NCBI RefSeq assembly: GCF_000008645.1
Contig: NC_000916.1
Coordinates: forward strand, 30,001 to 62,000
Origin: Methanothermobacter thermautotrophicus str. Delta H
GTDB taxonomy: Archaea > Methanobacteriota > Methanobacteria > Methanobacteriales > Methanothermobacteraceae
Reading direction: 5' to 3'
Length of the DNA: 32,000 nt
The stretch's first letter is position 1, and each line of letters starts with the position of its first letter. The translations under genes and the position numbers were made by a program. Below the pieces are notes generated by a model. The model was not told the origin of the DNA. It ran no database searches and saw only the letters and a list, made by a program, of their open reading frames with translations. Positions 10,663-18,883 of the stretch are shown piece after piece.

Positions 10663-11390
10663 CCTCCCACCTCAAACTACCATCAGGATTCTTCGGTATT
10701 TCAATATAGTGTATACAATGATCCTCACCAACATAACTTCTCAACTCATAACCATAAATCCAGGTACGATGAATCGAAATATACTTCCAATATTCTTGGG
10801 GAAGATAATGAGTCCGTATCCTTAAAATCAAATCACCTTCAGCCACTATCACACTTATAAAACCCAAAGGACCCATAACAGCAGTGACACCGGCAACAGT
10901 TGCAATATCTAATATACCATGGAAAACATCCTCTAGAATGCATGTTTGGTGTTCTATGATGAATTCTTTGATATCGTCTGTGATGTTTAGGAGGCCTGTG
11001 TAGGCTATTATTGTTGCATATGCTGCCATGTTGAGTCCTATGAGGCTGGCCCTACATAATCGAAAAAGAGGGTTTAGGATGGAAAGGTACATGGAGGTTA
11101 CAAAGCCCAATATAAGCCTTCTTAGTACTATCATCTAAACCTTCAAGGTTTACTGTGCCATTACCATCCAAGAGCGAATCTAACTTTTCAGATATTATGG
11201 CTTGGCCAAGTTCCCGAGCCCATTCTGTCTGTTGGTGGTAGTAGCAGTATGCTCCCATGAAAGCATAGATCATGTCCCTTACTATCCCTGTTGCATGGTC
11301 TATGATGAGGTATCTTCCCTGCCCGTCACTGATAAGCGTGTAATTCTCGCTTTCGAGGATGTTTAGTGACCCGCCGTTGAGGAGTGTTAG
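10646..11390 (-). pseudogene. Orphan C-terminal effector cassette (linker NGGSLNILESENYTLI... through GEDHCIHYIEIPKNPDGSLRWEDAAYI) with a 1-nt break near 11110
   Basis: ORFs 11052-11273 and 10646-11134 together match the C-terminal third of the 837/840 aa proteins. CTTTG versus CTTG at the AYIGL codons shifts frame. No signal peptide or N-terminus. Confidence 0.7.
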
Positions 11391-12184
11391 GCCTATTCCT
11401 GTTGTGTGGAGGTTTTGATCCTGGGATTTGGGTTTATGGTTGATTTTTTTTGGATGGTGAGTTCTTTCAGGGCTTTTTTGGCTTTTTTGTATTCTGGGTC
11501 TATTTTCAGGGCTTTTTCATAGCATTTTAGTGCTTCTTTGTGTTTGCCGAGTTTTTGTAGTGTTTTTCCTTGCATGTACCATAGTGTTTTGTTTTGGGGG
11601 GTTTAGTTTGAGGGCTTTCTTGTAGCATTTCAGGGATTCCTCTGGTTTTTTGAGGTCTTCTAGGATTATGCCTTTCCATTTCCATGCATCGGCGAATTCG
11701 GGGTTTATTTCAAGGGCTTTTTGAAAGCATTCCAGCGCATCCTTATATTTTCCAAGTTCTTCGAGGACTAGTCCTTTGTTGTTCCATGTTTTGTCGTCTT
11801 CTGGATCTATTTCCAGGGCTTTTTCATAGCATTCTAGTGCCTCCTCATATCTCCCAAGTTCACTGAGGACTACTCCTTTGTTGTTCCATGCTTCTGCAAG
11901 TTTGGGGTTTATCTGTAATGCTTTTTCATAGCATTCTAGTGACTCATCATATCTCCCAAGTTCATTGAAAACTAGTCCTTTGTTGTTCCAAGCTTTATCA
12001 TCTTGTGGATTTAATTGGAGAACTTTGTCATAACATTTTAATGCTTCTTCATATATCTTAAGGTTATGTAATGTTATTCCTTTAGTTCCCCAAGCTCTAT
12101 AATTTTTTGGATTTAGCTCTATGGCTTTTTCGAAACATTTTAGTGCCTTTTTGTATTTTTTAAGGTAAATTAGAACGGAGCCTT
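11132..12184 (-). repeat. Near-identical direct repeat spanning cassette linker and TPR gene (partner 21041-22093, offset 9909)
   Basis: Shared anchors at 11140/21049, 11601/21510 and divergence at 12185/22094, including the same G6 run. Confidence 0.85.
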
Positions 12185-12225
12185 CCCCTAGCCATCCAAT
12201 CCTTTATTTTCTTAAGGGGGTTCAT
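11393..12225 (-). pseudogene. Internally deleted and frameshifted TPR-protein gene
   Basis: Starts ATGAACCCCCTTAAGAAAATAAAGGATTGG (MNPLKKIKDWMARG) then jumps at about 12185 out of frame into mid-TPR sequence. It also has a G6 run at 11596-11601 where the intact-looking copy has G5. Confidence 0.7.
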
Positions 12226-12325
12226 ATTCCAGCCTCTCTCAACTTCTTTTTCATGTAATCGTTGGGTCCTAGTATGCAAGTTTTTATCGTCTCATGATTC
12301 TGATAGGCATCCTATGCTTGCAGCG
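12222..12325 (-). pseudogene. Remnant of the C-terminus of a type-B module (…NHETIKTCILGPNDYMKKKLREAGI)
   Basis: Reverse-strand translation matches NRETIEACILGFKNYLEKKLREAGG, the end of the 316 and 200 aa type-B ORFs, immediately upstream of the TPR start. Confidence 0.55.
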
Positions 12326-12384
12326 GAACCTATTATGGGTTGATTCTTTATTTATCTGTTAGTATAGGTTTACATAAGGTTTTT

Positions 12385-12642
12385 TCATGTCTTAAGGATT
12401 CTAATCGTAAGAATTGCGAGCATCATTAGCCCAAAAATTCTGATCGCCTCTTGATGGCGAATTATCCAATCTTCTTTTTTTCTGAAAAAATACAATAAAA
12501 CGAAAAGGAGCCCCACGACTAACCAGTCAGTCAACTCAACCTTCGGGCTGTTTAAATATAACAGTTCAAGGAAAAAGATTATGAAAGTAACCATAAAAAG
12601 TATATCAAATTTTCTTTCACCTTTTTCAGACCTTTCAATCAT
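12385..12642 (-). CDS. Small multi-TM protein, putative immunity partner
   Basis: 85 aa, highly hydrophobic (FDILFMVTFIIFFLELLYL; LVVGLLFVLLYFF), immediately downstream of the cassette at 12661-13109. Confidence 0.45.
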   Translation of the reverse strand: MIERSEKGERKFDILFMVTFIIFFLELLYLNSPKVELTDWLVVGLLFVLLYFFRKKEDWIIRHQEAIRIFGLMMLAILTIRILKT

Positions 12643-12660
12643 TACAACCCCTCTATTTAC

Positions 12661-13109
12661 CTAAATGTATATTGTTTCATTCTCTCTTAGCGTATCATCT
12701 GGATTTTTAGGAATCTCCTTGTAGTGTATACAATTATCCGCACCAATGTATGCTTCCAGTTTGTATCCATATATCGGGCCACGATGAAGGGATATATACT
12801 TCCAGTATTCCCTAGGTAGGTAATGATCCCTTATATTAAGAATCAAATCCCCTTCTGCAATAATACAAAAAACAAGGCTACAGTTGCCACAAAAGATCCT
12901 CCTTCTAACATAAAATAACAGCCACCAACCACACCTACTGCATCTAGAATATCCTTTGGGATGTATGTTTGATGTTCCACGATAAATTCTTTGATGCTAC
13001 CTGTAATGTTGTTGAGTTTGGAGTCTATGTAGGCTATTGTTGTTGCGTATGCTGCCATGTTAACTCTTATGAGGCCCTGACCCACCAGGCCATAACTGAT
13101 GATTTCCAA
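12661..13109 (-). pseudogene. Orphan C-terminal effector cassette, frame-broken near 12880-12910
   Basis: MEIISYGLVGQGLIRVNMAAYATTIAYIDSKLNNITGSIKEFIVEHQTYIPKDILDAV... then in a second frame ...CSLVFCIIAEGDLILNIRDHYLPREYWKYISLHRGPIYGYKLEAYIGADNCIHYKEIPKNPDDTLRENETIYI. Confidence 0.65.
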
Positions 13110-13226
13110 AGGTCATGGGATTGTGTGGGGCGGGTTGTATTGGGCTAATAAGGCCTCTTGAAGGCTTTTCTCGCGTTGTCCTTTAAGCCTTCAAAGGTTT
13201 GCTGTGCTGTTATCCTAAGAGTGACT

Positions 13227-14438
13227 TTAGCCTTTCATTTGGAGTTCTTTCAGGGCTTTTTTGGCTTTTTTGTATTCTGGGTCTATTTTCAGGGCTTTTT
13301 TGTAGGATTTTTTGGCTTTTTGGTGTTTTCCAAGTTTTTGTAGTGTTTTTCCTTGCATGTACCATAGTGTTTTGTCTTGGGGGTTTAGTTTGAGGGCTTT
13401 CTCGTAGCATTTCAGGGCTTCCTCTGGTTTTTTGAGGTCTTCCAGGATTATACCTTTCCATTCCCATGCATCGGCGAATTCTGGGTTTATTTCAAGGGCT
13501 TTTTCAAAACATTCCAGCGCCTCCTCATATTTTCCAAGTTTCCTGAGGAGTACTCCCTTGTTAGCCCATGTTTCGTCGTTTTCTAGGTTTATTTCTAAGG
13601 CTTTTTCATAGCATTCCAATGCCTCATCATATCTCTTAAGTTCTTCAAGGACTACTCCTTTGTTGTTCCATGCTTTTGCATTTTTTTGGTTTATTTCTAA
13701 GGCTTTTTCATAGCATTCTATTGCTTTTTCAGGTTTACCGATTGTGTCAAGGAGCGCTCCTTTGTTGTTCCATGTTCCATCGTCTTGTGGATCTATTTGT
13801 AGTGCCCTTCCATAGCATTCCAATGCCTCATCATATCTCTTAAGTTCTTCAAAAATTAGTGCTTTGTTGTACCATGCCTCTACGAATTCTGCGTTTATCT
13901 GTAATGCTTTTTCATAGCATTCCAATGCCTCCTCATATTTTCCGAGACTGCGTAATCCGTTACCTTTATTATACCATGCTTTTGCATTTTTTTGGTTTAT
14001 TTCTAAGGCTTTTTCATAGCATTCTATTGCTTTTTCAGGTTTACCGATTGTGTCAAGGAGCGCTCCTTTGTTGTTCCATGTTCCATCGTCTTGTGGATCT
14101 ATTTGTAGTGCCCTTTCATAGCATTCCAATGCCTCATCATATCTCTTAAGTTCTTTAAGGACTACTCCTTTGTTGTTCCATGCTTCTGCTAGTTTTGGAT
14201 TGTTTTTGAGGATTTTTTCATAACATTTTAAGGCTTTCTCTGGTCTTTTGAGTTTTAGTAGTGTCATTGCATTATAGTGCAAGATTTCCGGGTCGTTTGG
14301 ACTCGCCTTGAGGGCTTTCCTGAATTCTTTAAGAGCTTCTTTGTATTTTCCCTGTTTTAGGCTTGATCGGCCCCCGCTGAGGTGCCATCCAGCCTTTCCC
14401 CTGGCTATCCAATCCTTTATCTTCTTAAGGGGGTTCAT
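13227..14438 (-). CDS. TPR-repeat protein (about 10 repeats)
   Basis: 403 aa of 34-aa TPR units (AWNNKGVVLKELKRYDEALECYEKALQINP). Start overlaps the stop of the upstream ORF (ATGA). Confidence 0.9.
   Translation of the reverse strand: MNPLKKIKDWIARGKAGWHLSGGRSSLKQGKYKEALKEFRKALKASPNDPEILHYNAMTLLKLKRPEKALKCYEKILKNNPKLAEAWNNKGVVLKELKRYDEALECYERALQIDPQDDGTWNNKGALLDTIGKPEKAIECYEKALEINQKNAKAWYNKGNGLRSLGKYEEALECYEKALQINAEFVEAWYNKALIFEELKRYDEALECYGRALQIDPQDDGTWNNKGALLDTIGKPEKAIECYEKALEINQKNAKAWNNKGVVLEELKRYDEALECYEKALEINLENDETWANKGVLLRKLGKYEEALECFEKALEINPEFADAWEWKGIILEDLKKPEEALKCYEKALKLNPQDKTLWYMQGKTLQKLGKHQKAKKSYKKALKIDPEYKKAKKALKELQMKG
13741..14140 (-). repeat. Internal 306-nt periodicity (3 x 102-nt TPR units) within the TPR gene
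   Basis: 'attgtgtcaaggagcgctcctttgttgttccatgttccatcgtcttgtggatctatttgtagtgccctt' occurs at 13741 and again at 14047 (offset 306). Confidence 0.8.
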
Positions 14439-15385
14439 CCTCCAGCCTCTCTCAACTTCTTTTCTAGGTAGTTTTTGAATCCTAGTATGCAGGCTTCTAT
14501 TGTCTCACGATTCTCATAGGCTAATAGGCTTCCAATAGCCATCCCAGTGCCTATTACAGTACCTCCATGTTTTATGGCGCCCACGACATTCCCATCCTTT
14601 AAAGCCTCCTTGAACAGATCCCATTCATCCATCATGAGTTTACCTAAATTATTTATAGCCCTTCCTATATCGTCGGGATCGCCACCAACACCACCACTGC
14701 TAATCACCCTTAGAGTATCTACGGCTTCTCTATACTCATTTATCGCTTGACTCCATTCGTCAGACTGTCTTGATAGTATTTCAAGATAGTTTTGTATTGG
14801 TTGTGTGTCTCCTGTTAGTAGTGTGTAGGCGATGAATGTTGGCAGACCAGCGGGTGAGAGTAACATCATGGCATCTTCGATGTATGGGAGCCACTCAGGA
14901 TGTTCGATGAGGATATAAGCGACTATTGCAACAACTATTCCTATGCCAGCTGTCGCCGGCGCTGACAAGGCTCCTGCTTCGAGGATGGCGACTTCAGCTC
15001 CTCCTTCGAAGCCGACGACTTCAGCTCCTGAAACACCAGCAAATCCAATGAACTTCCACAAACCGGTCTCATTCAGTAGTTCTTTTGCGAGGTTGGCTGC
15101 CCATTCTGTCTGCAGGTGGCTGAAACAATATGCCCCCATAACATTCTTAAAGATATTGACATCCCTCACTATCCCTGTTGCAGTGTCGATGATCAGGTAG
15201 TCATTATCATAGTTTATTATGGTGTAGTTCCCAGCTTTTGTAATATTTAGTTTTTCTCCGTTCAGGAGCCTGTATGCTATGCTTGTGATCGCAGCACCTT
15301 CCATGATATCCCCTATATTGTCGAGGCTTCCATTGTATGGGAATAGGCGTTGCATTGAACTCTGAGGGGTTTGATGTCCCGACAA
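14435..15385 (-). CDS. Type-B effector-like module: shared linker (YRLLNGEKLNITKAGNYTIINYDNDYLIIDTATGIVRD...VMGAYCFSHLQTEWA) + hydrophobic Gly/Ala-rich segment + helical tail
   Basis: 316 aa. The linker aligns with NGGSLNILESGNYTLISDGQGRYLIIDHATGIVRDMIYAFMGAYCYYHQQTEWA of the 837/840 aa proteins, but the C-terminus is a different domain. Confidence 0.6.
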   Translation of the reverse strand: MSGHQTPQSSMQRLFPYNGSLDNIGDIMEGAAITSIAYRLLNGEKLNITKAGNYTIINYDNDYLIIDTATGIVRDVNIFKNVMGAYCFSHLQTEWAANLAKELLNETGLWKFIGFAGVSGAEVVGFEGGAEVAILEAGALSAPATAGIGIVVAIVAYILIEHPEWLPYIEDAMMLLSPAGLPTFIAYTLLTGDTQPIQNYLEILSRQSDEWSQAINEYREAVDTLRVISSGGVGGDPDDIGRAINNLGKLMMDEWDLFKEALKDGNVVGAIKHGGTVIGTGMAIGSLLAYENRETIEACILGFKNYLEKKLREAGG

Positions 15386-15401
15386 TAATTAAATAGCCCT
15401 G

Positions 15402-15677
15402 TTATACCCCTGGAGATGCAATTAAACCCACTATAAGGAGCATTACCATCATCCATCTTATTTCATACTCTTTTTCCTTCAACTCGTAGTAGAGCCAGCA
15501 TAAAAGGAGAAGAGTGAACAAGCCTAAAGGGGCTGCTATTAGGGACAAAACATCACAATGATACTTAAGCGCAAGAATACATAGGAACATAACTATGCAG
15601 ATAAGAGGATAAGCCCTCTTATACCAAGATTCATAATCCAATAAGATCCCCTCCACTTTAGATATATACTGCTTCAT
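15402..15677 (-). CDS. Small multi-TM protein (family 2: DYES...KEKEYEIRWMM), putative immunity partner of the 837 aa protein
   Basis: 91 aa. Start codon lies inside the WDEAVYI codons of the 837 aa gene (20-nt overlap). Related to the 81 aa (20180-20425) and 78 aa (23298-23534) ORFs. Confidence 0.55.
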   Translation of the reverse strand: MKQYISKVEGILLDYESWYKRAYPLICIVMFLCILALKYHCDVLSLIAAPLGLFTLLLLCWLYYELKEKEYEIRWMMVMLLIVGLIASPGV

Positions 15678-18171
15678 CCCACCTCAAACTACCATCAGGA
15701 TTCTTCGGTATTTCAATATAGTGTATACAATGATCCTCACCAACATAACATCTCAACTCATAACCATCGTACCAGGAACGATGATACGATATATACTTCC
15801 AATACTCTTTTGGAAGATAATAATCTCTAAAGCTCAATATTTTATCACCAAACCACATACAAAACCCAATTGACCCTAATATCGCCCCAGCACCTCCTTT
15901 TGACACGTATCCAAAAACAGTAAGTAAAATATCTATAATGTCTTTTGGAATGTATGTTTGGTGTTCTATGATGAATTTTTTGATATCGTCTGTGATGTTT
16001 TGGAGGCTTGTGTAGGCTATTGTTGTTGCATATGCTGCCATGTTGAGTCCTATAAGTCCCTGACCCACAAGAGCATAATTGAGGATATCAACGAAAGCCA
16101 TTGGACCTTCCAGGGCAATGTACATGGAGATTACAAGGCCAATATAGGCCTTCTTGATACTATCATCTAAACCTTCAAGGTTTACTGTGCCATTACCATC
16201 CAAGAGCGAATCTAACTTTTCAGAGAATATTATGGCTTGGCCAAGTTCCCGGGCCCATTCTGTTTGTTGGTGGTAGTAGCAGTATGCTCCCATGAAAGCA
16301 TAGATCATGTCCCTTACTATCCCTGTTGCATGGTCTATGATGAGGTATCTTCCCTGCCCGTCACTGATAAGCGTGTAATTCCCGCTTTCGAGGATGTTTA
16401 GTGACCCGCCGTTGAGGAGTGTTAGGCCTATTCCTGTTGTGGGCGCGCTTGTGGGGTCTGATCCTGGGAAGAGGGCCTCCATCACATAGTATTCTATTGG
16501 ATTTATAGCTGATGTTCTCGCATAATTGAATGCTTTAATGTTTTCGGGTGTGCCTTCTGCTTTCACGGCCATGTTGTGGTTGCATTCGAGGCTTATCCAT
16601 GTCCCTGGGCTGTGGTCTCCTGCTGAGACCATCACTGGCATGGTCCTGGTCCATGTTACATTATAGCGCGTGGCTGCTTCTTCTGCGATGAGATCGTGGA
16701 GGTATATTACTTCAAGGCCTGTTAGGAATGTTCCGTGGGCTGCCTTTAATGGTCCGGGCTCGTATGTCCTGTTTAGCCACTTTTGTAATGTCTGGTTTGT
16801 TATCTTCCCTGTGGCGAGGGTGTAGGTTATGATGGCGTCGTAGTTGCTAGCCTCCCAGATGAGAGTGTCGTTTATTATGATATTGGGTCCTGTTTCTCCT
16901 GGTGGGTGTATGTATTGGCCGTTTGTGTAGAGTAGGAGGAGTGTTCTTGTTGATTTGTTCCCTGGGAATGTTATATTGGCTATTGTCACCTTTTCCTCGC
17001 CGGGATACTCCACACTGACCTGTAAAGGGTCTATGCACTTGTTATAGTTTGTGAGTATGAATATCTTTTCTGCCTGGGTTAAATTGAAGTTGTTGAGATA
17101 TTCATTCACTTGAGGTTCTGCTCCGAGTTTTGTGTAAATTTCTATGAGTCTGTTCAGGCCAGCTATGACTTGCCAGACTATTTCTCTTTGACTCTGGCTG
17201 TTAGCCTGGTAGAATGGGTTAGTGACCTCGGCTAGTTTGTATGCTATGCCATCCTCCACAAGGAATATTGTTTCATTGAATAGGCCCGAAGATATAGCCC
17301 CTATACTAATCCATTTAACCGTGTCATTGAGCGGAATTTTAAATGTTAAATTTAGGGGCTTCCCAGAGGATGTTGCCGTGGAATTAACATGGACCGTTGC
17401 AAGCATAACCTCCAATGTAATAGTCTTCGTGTCTGTTATGCCATAGCCTTGGACTGTTAGGGTTACTTTGTAGGTTCCTGGTTTGTAGGCGTGTACTGGA
17501 TTCTTCTGGGTGCTTGTGCTTTGGTCTCCGAAGTCCCATTTGTAGTATTGTATTGTCCCTGTACTTTTATCCTGGAATTGGACATTATAGCCTTGTATTG
17601 TGTAGGTGTAGTCTGCCCTTGGCCTTACTATAATTCCACCCTTACCTGTAACATATTCTACTGTTACATAGTTTGGTAGTCTTCCTGTGCTGTTGTAGAA
17701 GTTTATTATCCTTGCATTGGCATATATTAGGCTTTCTGGGCGGACTTGTCCAATGGCTGTGCTGGCATAATTCGGCGACCTCCCATAGGATTCCATGAAA
17801 GCCTTAACATTCTTTGCCACCTGCAAGTATCCTGCTTTTTGGAGTGTTCCTGTTCCTGTTCCACTTGGACTGGGCGGGGAGGCCATACTATTGAATGACA
17901 AGCCAACTCTCCTACCCTGATCGAGGTTTATGATGGTTGAGGATGAGGCGTAGAGGTAGTCGTCTGCCGACACATTCTTACCGTTAATCACAACCTGTGA
18001 TGGTATTTTTTCATGTTGTGCAGTGTAGTTTCCGATCAGCTTTGAAACGTCACAAATCTCATCATAGGATAAACTCACAGCTGAAGAACTGCCCAAAAGA
18101 CAGAAAAAGGACAGGATCGCCAGAAAAAACAACAACCTCCTCACAGCCACCACCATAATATGATAACACAT
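15658..18171 (-). CDS. Secreted, pseudomurein-binding, PKD-containing large protein with polymorphic C-terminus (copy A); actual start probably at 18156 (MVVAVRR...)
   Basis: Signal peptide (RRLLFFLAILSFFCLLGSSSA), two PMBR-like units (DEICDVSKLIGNYTAQHEKIPSQVVINGKNVS; VAKNVKAFMESYGRSPNYASTAIGQVRP...NARIINFYNSTGRLPNYVTV), PKD domain (YKWDFGDQSTSTQKNPVHAYKPGTYKVTLTVQG), C-terminal cassette ending GEDHCIHYIEIPKNPDGSLRWDEAVYI. Confidence 0.75.
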   Translation of the reverse strand: MCYHIMVVAVRRLLFFLAILSFFCLLGSSSAVSLSYDEICDVSKLIGNYTAQHEKIPSQVVINGKNVSADDYLYASSSTIINLDQGRRVGLSFNSMASPPSPSGTGTGTLQKAGYLQVAKNVKAFMESYGRSPNYASTAIGQVRPESLIYANARIINFYNSTGRLPNYVTVEYVTGKGGIIVRPRADYTYTIQGYNVQFQDKSTGTIQYYKWDFGDQSTSTQKNPVHAYKPGTYKVTLTVQGYGITDTKTITLEVMLATVHVNSTATSSGKPLNLTFKIPLNDTVKWISIGAISSGLFNETIFLVEDGIAYKLAEVTNPFYQANSQSQREIVWQVIAGLNRLIEIYTKLGAEPQVNEYLNNFNLTQAEKIFILTNYNKCIDPLQVSVEYPGEEKVTIANITFPGNKSTRTLLLLYTNGQYIHPPGETGPNIIINDTLIWEASNYDAIITYTLATGKITNQTLQKWLNRTYEPGPLKAAHGTFLTGLEVIYLHDLIAEEAATRYNVTWTRTMPVMVSAGDHSPGTWISLECNHNMAVKAEGTPENIKAFNYARTSAINPIEYYVMEALFPGSDPTSAPTTGIGLTLLNGGSLNILESGNYTLISDGQGRYLIIDHATGIVRDMIYAFMGAYCYYHQQTEWARELGQAIIFSEKLDSLLDGNGTVNLEGLDDSIKKAYIGLVISMYIALEGPMAFVDILNYALVGQGLIGLNMAAYATTIAYTSLQNITDDIKKFIIEHQTYIPKDIIDILLTVFGYVSKGGAGAILGSIGFCMWFGDKILSFRDYYLPKEYWKYISYHRSWYDGYELRCYVGEDHCIHYIEIPKNPDGSLRWDEAVYI

Positions 18172-18216
18172 TATAGTATAAAAAGATTACTATCTCTTTT
18201 AGGGGCGAAAAATATA
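16262..18216 (-). repeat. Long near-identical direct repeat, copy A (partner 24763-26717, offset 8501)
   Basis: Side-by-side reading of both segments gives the same DNA apart from a few differences, mostly in the signal-peptide codons and promoter edge. It includes the TATA region. Confidence 0.85.
18177..18190 (-). promoter_or_regulatory. Probable archaeal TATA-box region (CTTTTTATAC) of the 837 aa gene
   Basis: AT-rich hexamer about 25 nt upstream of the M at 18156. The same sequence is conserved at 26678-26690 upstream of copy B. Confidence 0.45.
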
Positions 18217-18604
18217 AAAGGTGGGATTTAAGACAAGAGCATGAATCCCATCATTACAAGCTTAAACAGGAAAAAATAGGCACTTACCATCCCCCCCAGA
18301 TGGGCAAAGAGAAACCTTATATTGCTGTCATAAAATGATTCTTGTTTACATAATGATTCTTGAGGAGTTTATTTTGTCATGCTTGAAAATAAAATATGTG
18401 GAGGCCGAGAAGAAAACTTTGATAGTCGCTTTTTTGGGAACCTGATATCCCCTTTTGGGTTTGTGTAGTGTGGTGTTTGATCCATTTTTAGGTTATTCTG
18501 GGAGGGGGGGATGAGATTGGAGGCTGCTATTTGGAGGCTAGAAATGTCCTGAGCCTCTTTATTTTGGTATTGGCTTGTTGGTTTGTTGTTGGGTTTAACG
18601 CTCC

Positions 18605-18883
18605 TCAATGATATAGCCGAGAAAGGAGAAGTACACCTACTAGGAGCATTATAACAAAAAGTGTTTCGATCACACCTTTTTCCTCGCCTCTGAACACCTT
18701 CTTCGACAGAAAATAGATTAGCAAAAACATATTTCCCAGTAAAAGACACGTTAACAATATAATAGGTAGTTCAGGCCTAGTAGGCAGTAAAGCCAACTTA
18801 CTACCCGTAAACAGTAAAACCAACAAAATTGTAAAACACGATAACGACCCCAAAAACTGAAAAAGCTTAGATGTATGCTGCAT
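18605..18883 (-). CDS. Small multi-TM protein (family 1), putative immunity partner
   Basis: 92 aa, near-copy of the 10384-10662 product (TRPELPIILLTCLLLGNMFLLIYFLSKKVFRGEEKGV). Overlaps the upstream cassette by 17 nt. Confidence 0.55.
   Translation of the reverse strand: MQHTSKLFQFLGSLSCFTILLVLLFTGSKLALLPTRPELPIILLTCLLLGNMFLLIYFLSKKVFRGEEKGVIETLFVIMLLVGVLLLSRLYH

Noticed and set aside
13227-14438. Regular about 102-nt DNA repeats that could be mistaken for a CRISPR array or minisatellite
   Set aside because: The repeats stay in frame and encode canonical 34-aa TPR units. There are no short repeats with unique spacers.
16847-17679. Plus-strand ORFs 17222-17446, 17491-17679 and similar (with twins at 25723-25947 and 25992-26180)
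   Set aside because: They are antisense to the strongly supported 837/840 aa genes. The twins exist only because the underlying DNA is duplicated.
18369-18749. 126 aa plus-strand ORF
   Set aside because: Antisense to the small TM ORF at 18605-18883, which is supported by a homolog at 10384-10662. The composition looks non-coding.
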